Below, one piece after another: positions 1 to 9,282 of a stretch of 64,000 nt of DNA. Source of the stretch: Escherichia coli O157 typing phage 13. Position numbers and translations under genes: made by a program. The DNA is taken from sequence record KP869111. One strand, 5' to 3'. The stretch's first letter is position 1. Every line of letters begins with the position of its first letter. Below the pieces are notes generated by a model. It did no database searches. It was not told the DNA's origin and saw nothing but the letters and a program-made list of their open reading frames with translations.

Positions 1-587
1 CTAAAGCTGGTGTATTTGACTTCCAGGACCCGATTGATATCCGTGGTGCTCGTTGGGCCGGTGAAAGCTTTAAATCTCTGTTGTTCCAGATTGATAAAGA
101 AGCAGTTGAAATTGCTCGTCAAACCGGTCGTGGTGAAGGTAACTTCATTATCGCTTCCCGTAACGTAGTTAACGTACTGGCTTCAGTTGATACTGGTATT
201 TCTTACGCTGCACAGGGTCTGGCTTCCGGTTTTAATACCGACACTACTAAGTCTGTATTTGCCGGTGTACTTGGTGGTAAATACCGCGTATACATCGACC
301 AGTATGCTAAACAGGATTATTTCACCGTTGGTTACAAAGGCGCTAACGAAATGGATGCAGGTATTTACTATGCTCCTTACGTTGCACTTACCCCACTGCG
401 TGGTTCTGATCCTAAGAACTTCCAGCCGGTAATGGGCTTTAAAACTCGTTACGGTATCGGTGTTAACCCGTTTGCTGAAAGTTCCCTGCAGGCTCCAGGT
501 GCTCGCATCCAGTCCGGTATGCCATCTATCCTGAACAGCCTTGGTAAGAACGCTTACTTCCGCCGTGTATATGTAAAAGGCATCTAA
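1..587 (+). CDS. 23: Major capsid protein gp23, C-terminal portion (5' end lies upstream of window)
   Basis: ORF frame open from window start; C-terminal sequence ...YYAPYVALTPLRGSDPKNFQPVMGFKTRYGIGVNPFAE matches the T4 gp23 C-terminus; followed by gp24 as in T4. Confidence 0.9.
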   Translation, partial: KAGVFDFQDPIDIRGARWAGESFKSLLFQIDKEAVEIARQTGRGEGNFIIASRNVVNVLASVDTGISYAAQGLASGFNTDTTKSVFAGVLGGKYRVYIDQYAKQDYFTVGYKGANEMDAGIYYAPYVALTPLRGSDPKNFQPVMGFKTRYGIGVNPFAESSLQAPGARIQSGMPSILNSLGKNAYFRRVYVKGI

Positions 588-611
588 TCTTAATTGATTA
601 AATCTTATTTT

Positions 612-635
612 GGGAGACTTCGGTCTCCCATTTTT
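612..635 (+). terminator. Rho-independent terminator after gene 23
   Basis: GC stem GGGAGAC-UUCG-GUCUCCC (612-629) followed by a T-run; immediately after the gp23 stop. Confidence 0.6.
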
Positions 636-639
636 GGTT

Positions 640-909
640 TTATTTCTGTGCAATTTTGATGTAAGTTTTCAAAATATTTTGCCAATTAGGCATACCTTCT
701 TGGACATATGCCGGAGAACCATCTTTGTTTTTGAATGATGCAAGTTTATCAGTGGCCCAATAACCTTTAGCTCGAGCTTCAGAATCAACTTTCATCCATA
801 CTTTGTTGAAGGCATTACCATTAACTTTTGCACCATATTTTTCTACTAACTTAACTGCTTCAGCTTCCAGAACTTTTAAAGTATCTCGTAAGAAACGTGC
901 TTTAGTCAT
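640..909 (-). CDS. Hypothetical 89-aa early protein, antisense between late genes 23 and 24 (locus where T4 carries segD)
   Basis: ORF with strong SD (GAGGAG, 8 nt spacing) and upstream T4-type early promoter on the minus strand; no similarity recognised. Confidence 0.6.
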   Translation of the reverse strand: MTKARFLRDTLKVLEAEAVKLVEKYGAKVNGNAFNKVWMKVDSEARAKGYWATDKLASFKNKDGSPAYVQEGMPNWQNILKTYIKIAQK

Positions 910-934
910 TTTGTTTACTCCTCTGTAGTTGATA

Positions 935-969
935 AGTCTATAGTATCACATACCAAATACGTTGTAAAC
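935..969 (-). promoter_or_regulatory. T4-type early promoter (GTTTAC -35, 18-nt spacer, TACTAT -10)
   Basis: Minus strand reads GTTTACaacgtatttggtatgtgaTACTATagacttatcaac, matching the early-promoter family seen throughout the window. Confidence 0.5.
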
Positions 970-975
970 AATCTT

Positions 976-983
976 TATAAATA
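976..983 (+). promoter_or_regulatory. T4 late promoter TATAAATA upstream of gene 24
   Basis: Exact TATAAATA about 28 nt upstream of the gp24 ATG. Confidence 0.6.
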
Positions 984-1010
984 ATCTATATCACATAAGG
1001 AAAAAATGCA

Positions 1011-2294
1011 ATGAGTAAAATCCAAAAATTATTGCGTGAATCTACAACGTCTACTAGCAACTCAATTGGTCGCCCAAATCTCGTTGCTTTGACTCGCGCT
1101 ACGACTAAATTAATATATTCTGACATTGTAGCAACACAAAGAACTAATCAACCTGTTGCTGCTTTTTATGGTATCAAATATCTTAACCCAGATAACGAAT
1201 TCACATTTAAAACCGGTGCTACTTATGCTGGCGAAGTTGGATATGTAGACCGAGAAAAAATTACTGAACTCACAGAAGAATCAAAAGTCACACTAAATAA
1301 AGGTGATTTTTTCAAATATAATAATATCGTCTATAAAGTGTTAGAAGATACACCATTTGCAGATATTCAAGAAAGTGATCTAGAATTAGCTCTTCAGATT
1401 GCAGTCGTTCATTTAAAGGTACGGTTATTTTCAGATGCAGCGGTAACAAGCAAATTTGAAAGCTCTGATAGCGAAATTTCTGATGCAAGATTCCAGATTA
1501 ATAAATGGCAAACTTCAGTCAAATCTCGCAAACTTAAAACTGGTCTCACGGTTGAATTAGCGCAAGATTTGGAAGCGAATGGATTTGATGCCCCTAACTT
1601 CTTAGAGGATTTGCTTGCTACTGAAATGGCTGATGAAATTAATAAAGATATTCTTCAGTCTTTAATTACTGTATCGAAACGTTATAAAGTTACTGGAATT
1701 ACTGACACCGGATTTATTGACTTGAGCTATGCATCCGCTCCAGAAGCAGGTCGTTCATTATATCGAATGGTGTGTGAAATGGTATCACACATTCAAAAAG
1801 AGACAACTTATACTGCAACGTTTTGTGTAGCCTCAGCTCGTGCAGCTGCTATTCTTGCTGCTTCCGGTTGGTTAAAACATAAGCCAGAAGATGACAAGTA
1901 TCTTTCACAAAATGCTTATGGATTCTTGGCAAATGGATTACCTCTTTACTGCGATACCAACAGTCCGTTAGATTATGTTATTGTTGGTGTTGTAGAAAAT
2001 ATCGGCGAAAAAGAAATTGTAGGGTCCATCTTTTATGCTCCATACACTGAAGGAGTAGATTTAGATGACCCGGAACATGTTGGTGCATTTAAAGTTGTAG
2101 TTGATCCAGAAAGCTTGCAACCGTCTATCGGATTATTGGTTAGATATGCTTTATCAGCAAATCCTTACACAGTAGCAAAAGACGAAAAAGAAGCGAGAAT
2201 AATTGATGGTGGGGACATGGATAAAATGGCAGGACGTTCAGACTTGTCTGTTTTACTCGGTGTTAAATTGCCTAAAATTATTATAGATGAATAA
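1011..2294 (+). CDS. 24: Capsid vertex protein gp24
   Basis: 427 aa, same length as T4 gp24 and near-identical over its length as recalled; gp23 paralogue. Confidence 0.95.
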   Translation: MSKIQKLLRESTTSTSNSIGRPNLVALTRATTKLIYSDIVATQRTNQPVAAFYGIKYLNPDNEFTFKTGATYAGEVGYVDREKITELTEESKVTLNKGDFFKYNNIVYKVLEDTPFADIQESDLELALQIAVVHLKVRLFSDAAVTSKFESSDSEISDARFQINKWQTSVKSRKLKTGLTVELAQDLEANGFDAPNFLEDLLATEMADEINKDILQSLITVSKRYKVTGITDTGFIDLSYASAPEAGRSLYRMVCEMVSHIQKETTYTATFCVASARAAAILAASGWLKHKPEDDKYLSQNAYGFLANGLPLYCDTNSPLDYVIVGVVENIGEKEIVGSIFYAPYTEGVDLDDPEHVGAFKVVVDPESLQPSIGLLVRYALSANPYTVAKDEKEARIIDGGDMDKMAGRSDLSVLLGVKLPKIIIDE

Positions 2295-2295
2295 A

Positions 2296-2327
2296 CAAAA
2301 AAAAAGGGACCTTACGGTCCCTTTTTC
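2296..2327. terminator. Bidirectional terminator between gene 24 and rnlB
   Basis: A-run, stem GGGACC-UUAC-GGUCCC, T-run; convergent genes on either side. Confidence 0.6.
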
Positions 2328-2328
2328 G

Positions 2329-3327
2329 TTATGATACTAATTCAATCCATGCAGGACGCAGAACATCTTGCACCATTCGGACTAATTCTTTCTTAACAAG
2401 ATTCGGATTATCGGATGATGTTAATACAATACCTTCACGAGAAGTTTCTTCCAGAATATCTTGAACAGTCAATCCCATCACTTTGCCAAAATCTTTTGGC
2501 GTTACAGTCCCAATCTTAGAAATCACATTATTAACACGGTTTAATGTAACATAACAAGCTAGGACATCAAGCAAGTTTTTGTCAATTTCGGTTAATGGAA
2601 CCTGAGTTTTAATAGGCTTATCAGACTTTTTCTTTTCACTGAATTTAGAGTTCTTACACTTAATAGCTACACGAGTACCGTTTGGCAGCCATTTAGGGAA
2701 ACAAGGCTTCAGAACATAACCTTCTGCTGTATTATCACCAATAACATTAGCATCAAATACGCAATTATTTGCTTCGACAAGGTCTTCTGACGCAGTAGCA
2801 TTATAAGCGGCTAAGACGGAATCAAGGTCGTTTGGAATCATGATAAGAGCATCAAATGTGCCACGACCAAGCATTGGTGCCATTTTAAAACCGAATTCAT
2901 TACAGAAATCTTGCATTTCGTAATCAGTCAAATACGTATTATCACCACTTTCTGTATTGATAATGATATCGAACACATAAAAATCTTTTTCACCGTAGTC
3001 AACACCTTTCTGGATTCCACCACCAGCGAATTCACCGAATACTTGATATGATACGGCTCGAGCTGTGTACATGAATTCCTGAACGGCTTTAATAGCTTTA
3101 TCATACTTCTTGAGTACGATTTCATAACCATAAAAATCTTCTGCTGGAAGAATAGGGCCTGTGCGCTTGGCGCATGTGACGTTGTCACGTTCAATAATTA
3201 AACTAAAGTTGGTCCCATGGATTTTCTCACGTGCTACCCAAACACCAGTAGTCAAACCATTAGTGTAGAGTTTTTCAATAAACTTAGAGTTGTAGTGGTT
3301 TTCAAGACTGCTGTATTTCTTAAACAT
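2329..3327 (-). CDS. rnlB: RNA ligase 2 (Rnl2)
   Basis: 332 aa; N-terminus [21 protein letters not shown]... and the ligase motif [11 protein letters not shown] with the adenylylation lysine match T4 Rnl2. Confidence 0.95.
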   Translation of the reverse strand: MFKKYSSLENHYNSKFIEKLYTNGLTTGVWVAREKIHGTNFSLIIERDNVTCAKRTGPILPAEDFYGYEIVLKKYDKAIKAVQEFMYTARAVSYQVFGEFAGGGIQKGVDYGEKDFYVFDIIINTESGDNTYLTDYEMQDFCNEFGFKMAPMLGRGTFDALIMIPNDLDSVLAAYNATASEDLVEANNCVFDANVIGDNTAEGYVLKPCFPKWLPNGTRVAIKCKNSKFSEKKKSDKPIKTQVPLTEIDKNLLDVLACYVTLNRVNNVISKIGTVTPKDFGKVMGLTVQDILEETSREGIVLTSSDNPNLVKKELVRMVQDVLRPAWIELVS

Positions 3328-3446
3328 AAATCACCATTATAAATAATAATATCAAAATAATTAGCAGAGACTCTGTCTCCGACCCGATGTTTAATTTGAA
3401 TGGATAGAACCTAGATTCATTATACCATCAAAAAATGTAAAGCATA

Positions 3447-3698
3447 TTAGAACTTGATTTCTATCCAATGCCCATCACGTTGGTCATGATTAATTTTGTA
3501 CTGAAAGCCGTTATCACGAAGCCATTGACCGACTTGCTCGGTGATAGTTAAATCATTCTTTGATGGATAGTACGTGAATTGTGTCTGGCCTTTGTCAGCG
3601 GCTTTCTCTGCCATCACAGAGAAGTTAGTAATAAAATCACTCAACAAATTGGCTTTAGTGGCCAGAGCCCTTTCTCTTAATTCCTGTGCAAAACTCAT
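3447..3698 (-). CDS. Hypothetical protein (T4 24.2 position)
   Basis: 83-aa ORF, tightly packed between rnlB and hoc as in T4. Confidence 0.5.
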   Translation of the reverse strand: MSFAQELRERALATKANLLSDFITNFSVMAEKAADKGQTQFTYYPSKNDLTITEQVGQWLRDNGFQYKINHDQRDGHWIEIKF

Positions 3699-3895
3699 TT
3701 CTTCACCTTTTTGTTAATCAAACGTTTACGGTATACAACTTTTTCTTTTGCTTTAAACTTTGACCGAGCTGTCTCGGCTTTAGTCCATAGTAATCCAACT
3801 TCTTTAGGTTGTAAACCGATTTTTTGAGCAATTTCTACGAATGAAAATCCCGCCTCATGTAATGTATAAACTTCAACTTCAGCTCTCATAATCAA
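3695..3895 (-). CDS. Hypothetical small protein with HTH-like segment (T4 24.3 position)
   Basis: 66-aa ORF overlapping the next gene by 4 nt; basic C-terminus. Confidence 0.5.
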   Translation of the reverse strand: MIMRAEVEVYTLHEAGFSFVEIAQKIGLQPKEVGLLWTKAETARSKFKAKEKVVYRKRLINKKVKK

Positions 3896-3961
3896 TCCAG
3901 TATTATTTGGTTTGTGCCATTATATACATCAATCTCAAGATGTGTTTTGTATGCTTTAAAA

Positions 3962-3986
3962 ACGAAGAAAGGGGCCGAAGCCCCTT
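3962..3986 (-). terminator. Stem-loop terminator downstream of hoc
   Basis: GGGGC-CGAA-GCCCC hairpin followed by U-rich tract on the minus strand. Confidence 0.5.
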
Positions 3987-3990
3987 ACGA

Positions 3991-5406
3991 TTATGGATAT
4001 GTATAGATGATACCAGTTTCTAAAGCAGTTTTATGGATGATGTATCCATTACGTGATTCTTGAACATCAACTTCTGGATAGTCTTTCATCATCTTCTGAA
4101 GAGTGTAACGATGCAGGTAGTATTTACTATCTGGATCGTCAATTTTCCAATCTTTACCTTCTTCAGTCATTTTTTGTATTTCATCCATAACCCACCAACC
4201 GCACCAGATGTAAGCTGAAGTACGATGTGGAAGAGGATGAACATAAGGTAATTCACCTTCTGGTTCAATTGGAGTCCGTTCAGCAATAACAACTTCAGCG
4301 GTTGAACTAATTGTCTTTGAAGTATAATTATCTTTAGTTAATACTGCTTCAACTTTAATTGTATGAGTACCCGCTGAGGAGGTATCAATACTGTAAGTAT
4401 TGGTAGAATTACTTTCTGCTACGTTGTCTTTCTTCCAAGAATATACAATATTAGTATCACCTGGAGCACCAGTAACAGATGCTGTTAAAGTTGCAGTTCC
4501 ACCAACAGTAGTATTAACTGATGGCGGAGATAAAGAAATGGTGGCACTATTAAATGTCGCATTATTAGTTACTACTGTTGCTTCTGCTGAAATTTCTTTT
4601 GTAACATAATCTGTTGCAGAAACAGATACGGTGCATTTAAGAGTTTTACTTCCGACCTCGGTTGGAGTGAATTTATACGTAGCAGAAGTTGCATCCGGAA
4701 TATTACTGTCATCCATTGACCACTGGAATGATGTAGTAGCACCTGGAGGTGCACTAGAGACATTTGCAGTTAAAGTAATAGGAACACCAAAGACCGTAGT
4801 CGGAGACTCAGGCGTAATTTTTAGTGTTGAAGAATTAGCCTTTTTATTTACAGTCAAAGAAACCGCTGATGATTCTACTGTTTTATCAACGTAATCAGTT
4901 GCAGTCACTGTGACAGAACAAGTTATAGACTTAGTTCCTTCGGATGTTGGTATATATTCAAAGGTTGATTGCTTTTGACCATCAACAGCGACCCCGTCAA
5001 CTTTCCATGTATAAGCAATAGCAGCACCACTAGGTTGATTGCTTACATTAGCAGTGAATGTTGTTGCTGTTCCAATTTCTACTGCCGCCGGAGAAGCCGG
5101 AGTAACAGCGACGGTAGAATTATTTTCTTTCTTATTAACAGTGATAGTTGTTGACGCTTCAGCTATTTCCGGATCTCCTGCGGAAAGTGTATTAGTTGCA
5201 ACCACTTTAATTTTTTTTGTTCCTGCTGGAGAAGCAAGAGTATAATCCATTGTAGCAGCCGTAGAATCCTGTGCTATATCATCTACAGTCCAGACGTATG
5301 TAATAGTACCATCCGGAGTTTCACCTGCAGGTGTAGCAGTGAATGTTTGTGAACCTCCAATAACCCCTGTAGGAGTTATTGGAGATAACGTGACAGTGAA
5401 TGTCAT
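3991..5406 (-). CDS. hoc: Highly immunogenic outer capsid protein Hoc (extended form, about four Ig-like repeats)
   Basis: N-terminus MTFTV...TFTATP and C-terminal capsid-binding tail ...PEGELPYVHPLPHR...TALETGIIYTYP match T4 Hoc; 471 aa versus 376 in T4. Confidence 0.9.
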   Translation of the reverse strand: MTFTVTLSPITPTGVIGGSQTFTATPAGETPDGTITYVWTVDDIAQDSTAATMDYTLASPAGTKKIKVVATNTLSAGDPEIAEASTTITVNKKENNSTVAVTPASPAAVEIGTATTFTANVSNQPSGAAIAYTWKVDGVAVDGQKQSTFEYIPTSEGTKSITCSVTVTATDYVDKTVESSAVSLTVNKKANSSTLKITPESPTTVFGVPITLTANVSSAPPGATTSFQWSMDDSNIPDATSATYKFTPTEVGSKTLKCTVSVSATDYVTKEISAEATVVTNNATFNSATISLSPPSVNTTVGGTATLTASVTGAPGDTNIVYSWKKDNVAESNSTNTYSIDTSSAGTHTIKVEAVLTKDNYTSKTISSTAEVVIAERTPIEPEGELPYVHPLPHRTSAYIWCGWWVMDEIQKMTEEGKDWKIDDPDSKYYLHRYTLQKMMKDYPEVDVQESRNGYIIHKTALETGIIYTYP

Positions 5407-5415
5407 AAGTTATCC

Positions 5416-6084
5416 TTATTTTAATGTTATGAAAGAAGAATTACGAGTTTCACGAATTAGAACTGATCCGTCGCGATTAATATAATAAATTAAGCTAAAT
5501 AATGTTTGGTGAGCAGAAGCATGTACAAAACTAGTTGGGCGAGATTTCCAATCTGGGGTTTCGGCTATCCATTGATAAATCCACCAAGGAACAGTAACAT
5601 ACCCTGGGCCTTTGCCTAATTTAATGAGTGTAGGACTAAAATTTTCAGGCAGAACAAATTTTACTTCTTTATTTACCTCTGACTCAGGCTCTTTTTCAGA
5701 TTCAACAACCTGAGTAATTGCTTCTTCGAATTTATCATGGTCGAATTCTTTTTCTTGTTCGACAACTTCTAATACTTCAACTTGTTCTGTTGGAGAATCA
5801 AACAACAGAATAGCTTCTTCTTTAACTTCTTCGTTGGTGAAATTAACACCATCCACATCATCTGCGGCAGTAATTAAATCAGTGATAGATAATCCATCAG
5901 TTTCAGGTAATGGTTCATCAGCCAGTGCGTTAAGAGCTTCTTCGATATCAATAACAATATTATCGAATGATTTTGTTTTCTTAACACTAATGCCAAATTG
6001 TTTCGCATATTCGAACAGTTTAGCTTTGGCTTCCTTTTTATCAGAAAGAGCACGTAACTCTTCAATATAGTCTTTATCGATCAT
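5416..6084 (-). CDS. inh: Putative inhibitor of prohead protease (Inh-like)
   Basis: 222-aa acidic protein at the T4 inh position between hoc and uvsW; identity inferred mainly from synteny. Confidence 0.55.
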   Translation of the reverse strand: MIDKDYIEELRALSDKKEAKAKLFEYAKQFGISVKKTKSFDNIVIDIEEALNALADEPLPETDGLSITDLITAADDVDGVNFTNEEVKEEAILLFDSPTEQVEVLEVVEQEKEFDHDKFEEAITQVVESEKEPESEVNKEVKFVLPENFSPTLIKLGKGPGYVTVPWWIYQWIAETPDWKSRPTSFVHASAHQTLFSLIYYINRDGSVLIRETRNSSFITLK

Positions 6085-6097
6085 GGTATTTCCTCAT

Positions 6098-6105
6098 TAT
6101 AAATA
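6098..6105 (+). promoter_or_regulatory. Candidate late promoter TATAAATA upstream of uvsW
   Basis: Exact TATAAATA about 30 nt upstream of the uvsW ATG. Confidence 0.45.
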
Positions 6106-6134
6106 TAACTATATTTATTACATGGTAATTTGAC

Positions 6135-7649
6135 ATGACTGACATTAAAGTACATTTTTATGATTTTAGTCACGTGCGCATTGAATGCGACGAAAGTACG
6201 TTTTATGAACTTCGTGACTTTTTTAGCTTTGAAGCTGACGGGTATAAATTTAACCCAAAATATCGCTATGGGCAATGGGATGGTAGAATTCGACTTTTAG
6301 ATTACAATCGTTTGTTACCATATGGACTTGTAGGACAAATAAAAAAGTTCTGTAACAATATGAGTTATTCTGTATGGATTGACCCTAAAATCTTTGAGAC
6401 TGAAGACCTTACCAGGGAAGATTTTGACGCATGGCTTTCTAAACAAGAAATTTATTCGGGCAACACCAAAATCGAACCACATTGGTATCAAAAAGATGCA
6501 GTATATGAAGGACTAGTTAATCGTCGTCGAATTTTAAACCTTCCGACATCAGCAGGTAAATCACTAATCCAAGCACTTTTAGCTCGGTATTATTTAGAGA
6601 ACTATGAAGGTAAAATTCTCATTATCGTCCCTACAACAGCATTGACAACCCAAATGGCTAATGATTTTGTTGATTATCGCTTGTTTAGTCATTCGATGAT
6701 TAAGAAAATTGGCGGTGGTGCTGATAAAGCGGACAAATCTAAAAACGACGCTCCAATTATTGTTGGCACATGGCAAACGGTAGTTAAGCAGCCTAAAGAA
6801 TGGTTCTCTCAGTTCGGTATGATGATGAACGATGAATGCCACTTAGCAACAGGCAAAAGTATTTCTTCAATCATCGCAGGATTAAATAATTGCATGTTTA
6901 AATTCGGTTTATCCGGCTCATTAAGAGACGGAAAAGCCAATGTAATGCAGTACGTAGGTATGTTCGGCGAAATCTTCCGTCCTGTTAGCACGTCTAAATT
7001 AATGGAAGACGGACAGGTAACTGAGCTTAAGATTAATAGTATTTTCCTTCGTTATCCGGACGAATTCACCGTTAAATTAAAAGGTAAAACATACCAAGAA
7101 GAAGTTAAAATTATTACCGGACTAAAACGTCGTACAAAGTGGATTGCTCAACTTTCGGTCAAATTGGCTAAGAAAGACGAGAACGCCTTTGTAATGTTTA
7201 AACACGTTACACACGGTAAAGAAATATTTGAAGCTATTAAAGAGCTTGGATACGAAAAAGTTTATTACGTATCAGGTGAAGTTGATACTGAAACACGTAA
7301 CGCGCTTAAAGTCATGGCAGAAAATGGTAAAGGCATTATTATTGTCGCATCATATGGAGTATTCTCTACTGGTATTTCAGTCAAGAATCTTCATCATGTT
7401 ATTTTTGCTCATGGTGTTAAATCAAAAATTATCGTACTTCAAACCGTAGGTCGTGTGCTTCGCAAGCATGGTTCTAAAGCTGTTGCTACAGTTTGGGATC
7501 TCATCGACGATGCAGGTGTAAAACCTAAATCATTAAATACTAAAAAGAAGTATACTCATCTTAATTACTTGTTAAAACACGGTATTGATCGTATCCAACG
7601 TTACGCTGATGAGAAATTTAACTATGTAATGAAAACAATTAATTTATAA
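6135..7649 (+). CDS. uvsW: UvsW DNA/RNA helicase (SF2)
   Basis: 504 aa; Walker A-like LPTSAGKS and DEAH-like MMNDECH motifs; T4 UvsW homologue by length and synteny. Confidence 0.92.
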   Translation: MTDIKVHFYDFSHVRIECDESTFYELRDFFSFEADGYKFNPKYRYGQWDGRIRLLDYNRLLPYGLVGQIKKFCNNMSYSVWIDPKIFETEDLTREDFDAWLSKQEIYSGNTKIEPHWYQKDAVYEGLVNRRRILNLPTSAGKSLIQALLARYYLENYEGKILIIVPTTALTTQMANDFVDYRLFSHSMIKKIGGGADKADKSKNDAPIIVGTWQTVVKQPKEWFSQFGMMMNDECHLATGKSISSIIAGLNNCMFKFGLSGSLRDGKANVMQYVGMFGEIFRPVSTSKLMEDGQVTELKINSIFLRYPDEFTVKLKGKTYQEEVKIITGLKRRTKWIAQLSVKLAKKDENAFVMFKHVTHGKEIFEAIKELGYEKVYYVSGEVDTETRNALKVMAENGKGIIIVASYGVFSTGISVKNLHHVIFAHGVKSKIIVLQTVGRVLRKHGSKAVATVWDLIDDAGVKPKSLNTKKKYTHLNYLLKHGIDRIQRYADEKFNYVMKTINL

Positions 7650-7674
7650 GGGCTTCGGCCCTTAGGAGATAAAA

Positions 7675-7905
7675 ATGGTACTTGAATTTAAACAATTTTT
7701 ATACGAAGCATCTATTGACGAATTCATGGGTAAAATTGCTAGTTGTCATACCCTAGAAGGGCTTGAAGAATTGGAAGCTTATTATAAGAAACGTATAAAA
7801 GAAACGGAATTAAAAGATACAGATGATATTTCTGTCAGGGATGCCTTAGCAGGTAAGCGTGCCGAACTTGAAGGCGATGATGAGGATGTGGAAGAAGACT
7901 TCTAA
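7675..7905 (+). CDS. uvsW.1: UvsW.1 small acidic protein
   Basis: 76 aa directly after uvsW, as in T4. Confidence 0.8.
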   Translation: MVLEFKQFLYEASIDEFMGKIASCHTLEGLEELEAYYKKRIKETELKDTDDISVRDALAGKRAELEGDDEDVEEDF

Positions 7906-7907
7906 TT

Positions 7908-7940
7908 AAAAAAAAAGGCCCGACCTTTTTGGAAGGGCCA
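7908..7940 (-). terminator. Stem-loop with T9 run (minus-strand terminator)
   Basis: GGCCC...GGGCC hairpin followed on the minus strand by nine T residues. Confidence 0.5.
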
Positions 7941-7965
7941 AAAACCATAGGCAAAAAAGGTAACA

Positions 7966-8133
7966 CTATAGTAAAAGTTGGGTTTCGTTCAATTGCTCTT
8001 CTGAACTTTCTGAAACCGGCAATTGTTGGACATAATTATAACAAGGACCAGGATGTGCTGGACCTTTGTCTGTTTCAACAACCAATGCAGAATCGATTGG
8101 AGTTTTACAGACAACACAAATCTTATCTGACAT
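7966..8133 (-). CDS. Hypothetical 55-aa Cys-containing protein (below the 60-aa ORF-track cutoff)
   Basis: Strong SD TAGGAGG 5 nt before ATG; late-promoter-like TATAAATA just upstream; CxxC...H...C pattern. Confidence 0.45.
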   Translation of the reverse strand: MSDKICVVCKTPIDSALVVETDKGPAHPGPCYNYVQQLPVSESSEEQLNETQLLL

Positions 8134-8165
8134 GATTGCCTCCTAAGTTGAAATTACATATCTAT

Positions 8166-8390
8166 TTATACAACTCTCATATGCATATCAATGCCCATAT
8201 CTTTAGAATAAAAATATTCATCAAGATATCCGGCAAATTTTCCTTTAATATAAAGGACGTCTTCACCACACGGGTGGTCTGCCAGGATACGAATATCCTG
8301 ACGACGTAGACGATACTTTTCCATTAAGAATTTAATTTCAGTTTCAAATTCTTCGTCATTATTAAAGGCATCTTCAATTGAATAACGCAT
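8166..8390 (-). CDS. Hypothetical protein upstream-adjacent to uvsY
   Basis: 74-aa ORF with ATGA overlap to the uvsY stop; T4 has small uvsY.-1/-2 genes here. Confidence 0.55.
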   Translation of the reverse strand: MRYSIEDAFNNDEEFETEIKFLMEKYRLRRQDIRILADHPCGEDVLYIKGKFAGYLDEYFYSKDMGIDMHMRVV

Positions 8391-8803
8391 TATTGCCCCG
8401 CTTCAAATTCTCGCATATCCTGGATATGTTTAAGTGCAAAACTACGAGACTTAACCGCGTCAAGTGCACCACTACAGAACTCAAGTAAAATTCCCCAGTA
8501 TTGTAAAGTAGTCTCTATTTTAAGCACATCTTTATCTGCAGCCAGGACAGTTTTCATTTCAGATTTCTCATATCGGTCCATACTGAATTCATCACCGTCA
8601 CCTCGTCCCGAGTAGTAGTCTAATCTTGCTTTTAGAGCAGTTTTCTTCTGAGTCTCTATACGCAACATTTCTTTACGAATAAATGAGTGCTTACGTAGCC
8701 ATTTGCTGTATAACTTAACATTATTCGCCGTCTCATATTGCAACTTTGTCGTATCAATAGCTAAGTCTGCGTCTAACTCTTCCTGTAAATCTTCCAGCTT
8801 CAT
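8390..8803 (-). CDS. uvsY: UvsY recombination mediator
   Basis: Start trimmed to the internal Met (MKLEDLQEEL...) giving 137 aa as in T4; near-identical to T4 UvsY as recalled. Confidence 0.9.
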   Translation of the reverse strand: MKLEDLQEELDADLAIDTTKLQYETANNVKLYSKWLRKHSFIRKEMLRIETQKKTALKARLDYYSGRGDGDEFSMDRYEKSEMKTVLAADKDVLKIETTLQYWGILLEFCSGALDAVKSRSFALKHIQDMREFEAGQ

Positions 8804-8856
8804 AATATTCTCTCTTTTAACTAATAATCTCCCGGCTGTATCGGAAGGACCTAAAA

Positions 8857-8884
8857 CCATTATACATAGGTTGCCTTGAAGCAT
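8857..8884 (-). promoter_or_regulatory. Candidate MotA-dependent middle promoter for uvsY
   Basis: Minus strand aTGCTTcA (MotA-box-like) followed 12 nt later by TATAAT, about 55 nt upstream of the uvsY start. Confidence 0.4.
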
Positions 8885-9282
8885 TACACTCTATTGCTTG
8901 ACGCTAACTGAAGTTTAATTTGTTCAATATCGTCAGGGTTGTCTACGACCGAAAATCTAATCTCTACTATAACCGTATAGTCATCATATACTGGCGTTAC
9001 ACTTACAGAAAGTTTGTCGATGCGTGGCTCATAGTTACGAACAGCTGCCTGGATATTACGCTCAATCGTATCGGCTGTAAGTGGTGTCATGTTCTCGAAA
9101 AGTTCATCGACCAAATCACATCCAAATTCAGGGTCGAAGGGGCGTGAGCCTTTTCTAGTTGTCACTATGCCAAGAAGACTATTTTTAATAGAACGAAGTC
9201 CTACAGAACGAGCAACGTCCTTGTTCCAATCCATACGCATTTCTGGGTCGATATCTGAATAAAGTTTATTGATATTAGACAT
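8884..9282 (-). CDS. 25: Baseplate wedge protein gp25
   Basis: 132 aa, same length as T4 gp25; conserved synteny. Confidence 0.93.
   Translation of the reverse strand: MSNINKLYSDIDPEMRMDWNKDVARSVGLRSIKNSLLGIVTTRKGSRPFDPEFGCDLVDELFENMTPLTADTIERNIQAAVRNYEPRIDKLSVSVTPVYDDYTVIVEIRFSVVDNPDDIEQIKLQLASSNRV

Noticed and set aside
183-653. 156-aa minus-strand ORF (and 187-432 plus-strand ORF) inside gene 23
   Set aside because: Lies entirely antisense or out of frame within the well-supported gp23 coding region; no SD or promoter; typical shadow ORF.
4400-5245. Several 60-90 aa ORFs on both strands inside hoc
   Set aside because: Overlap the Hoc coding frame; repetitive Thr/Ser/Val-rich translations typical of out-of-frame reading of Ig-repeat DNA.
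7647-7666. Hairpin AGGGC-UUCG-GCCCU between uvsW and uvsW.1 as a terminator
   Set aside because: No downstream U-run and it overlaps the SD of uvsW.1; more likely an intercistronic RNA structure than a terminator.
7929-8135. 68-aa plus-strand ORF from the ORF track
   Set aside because: No SD; overlaps a minus-strand ORF that has a strong SD, promoter and terminator; starts inside a terminator hairpin.
8390-8884. 164-aa version of uvsY
   Set aside because: The first 27 codons overlap gene 25 and lack an SD; the internal Met gives the T4-length 137-aa UvsY.
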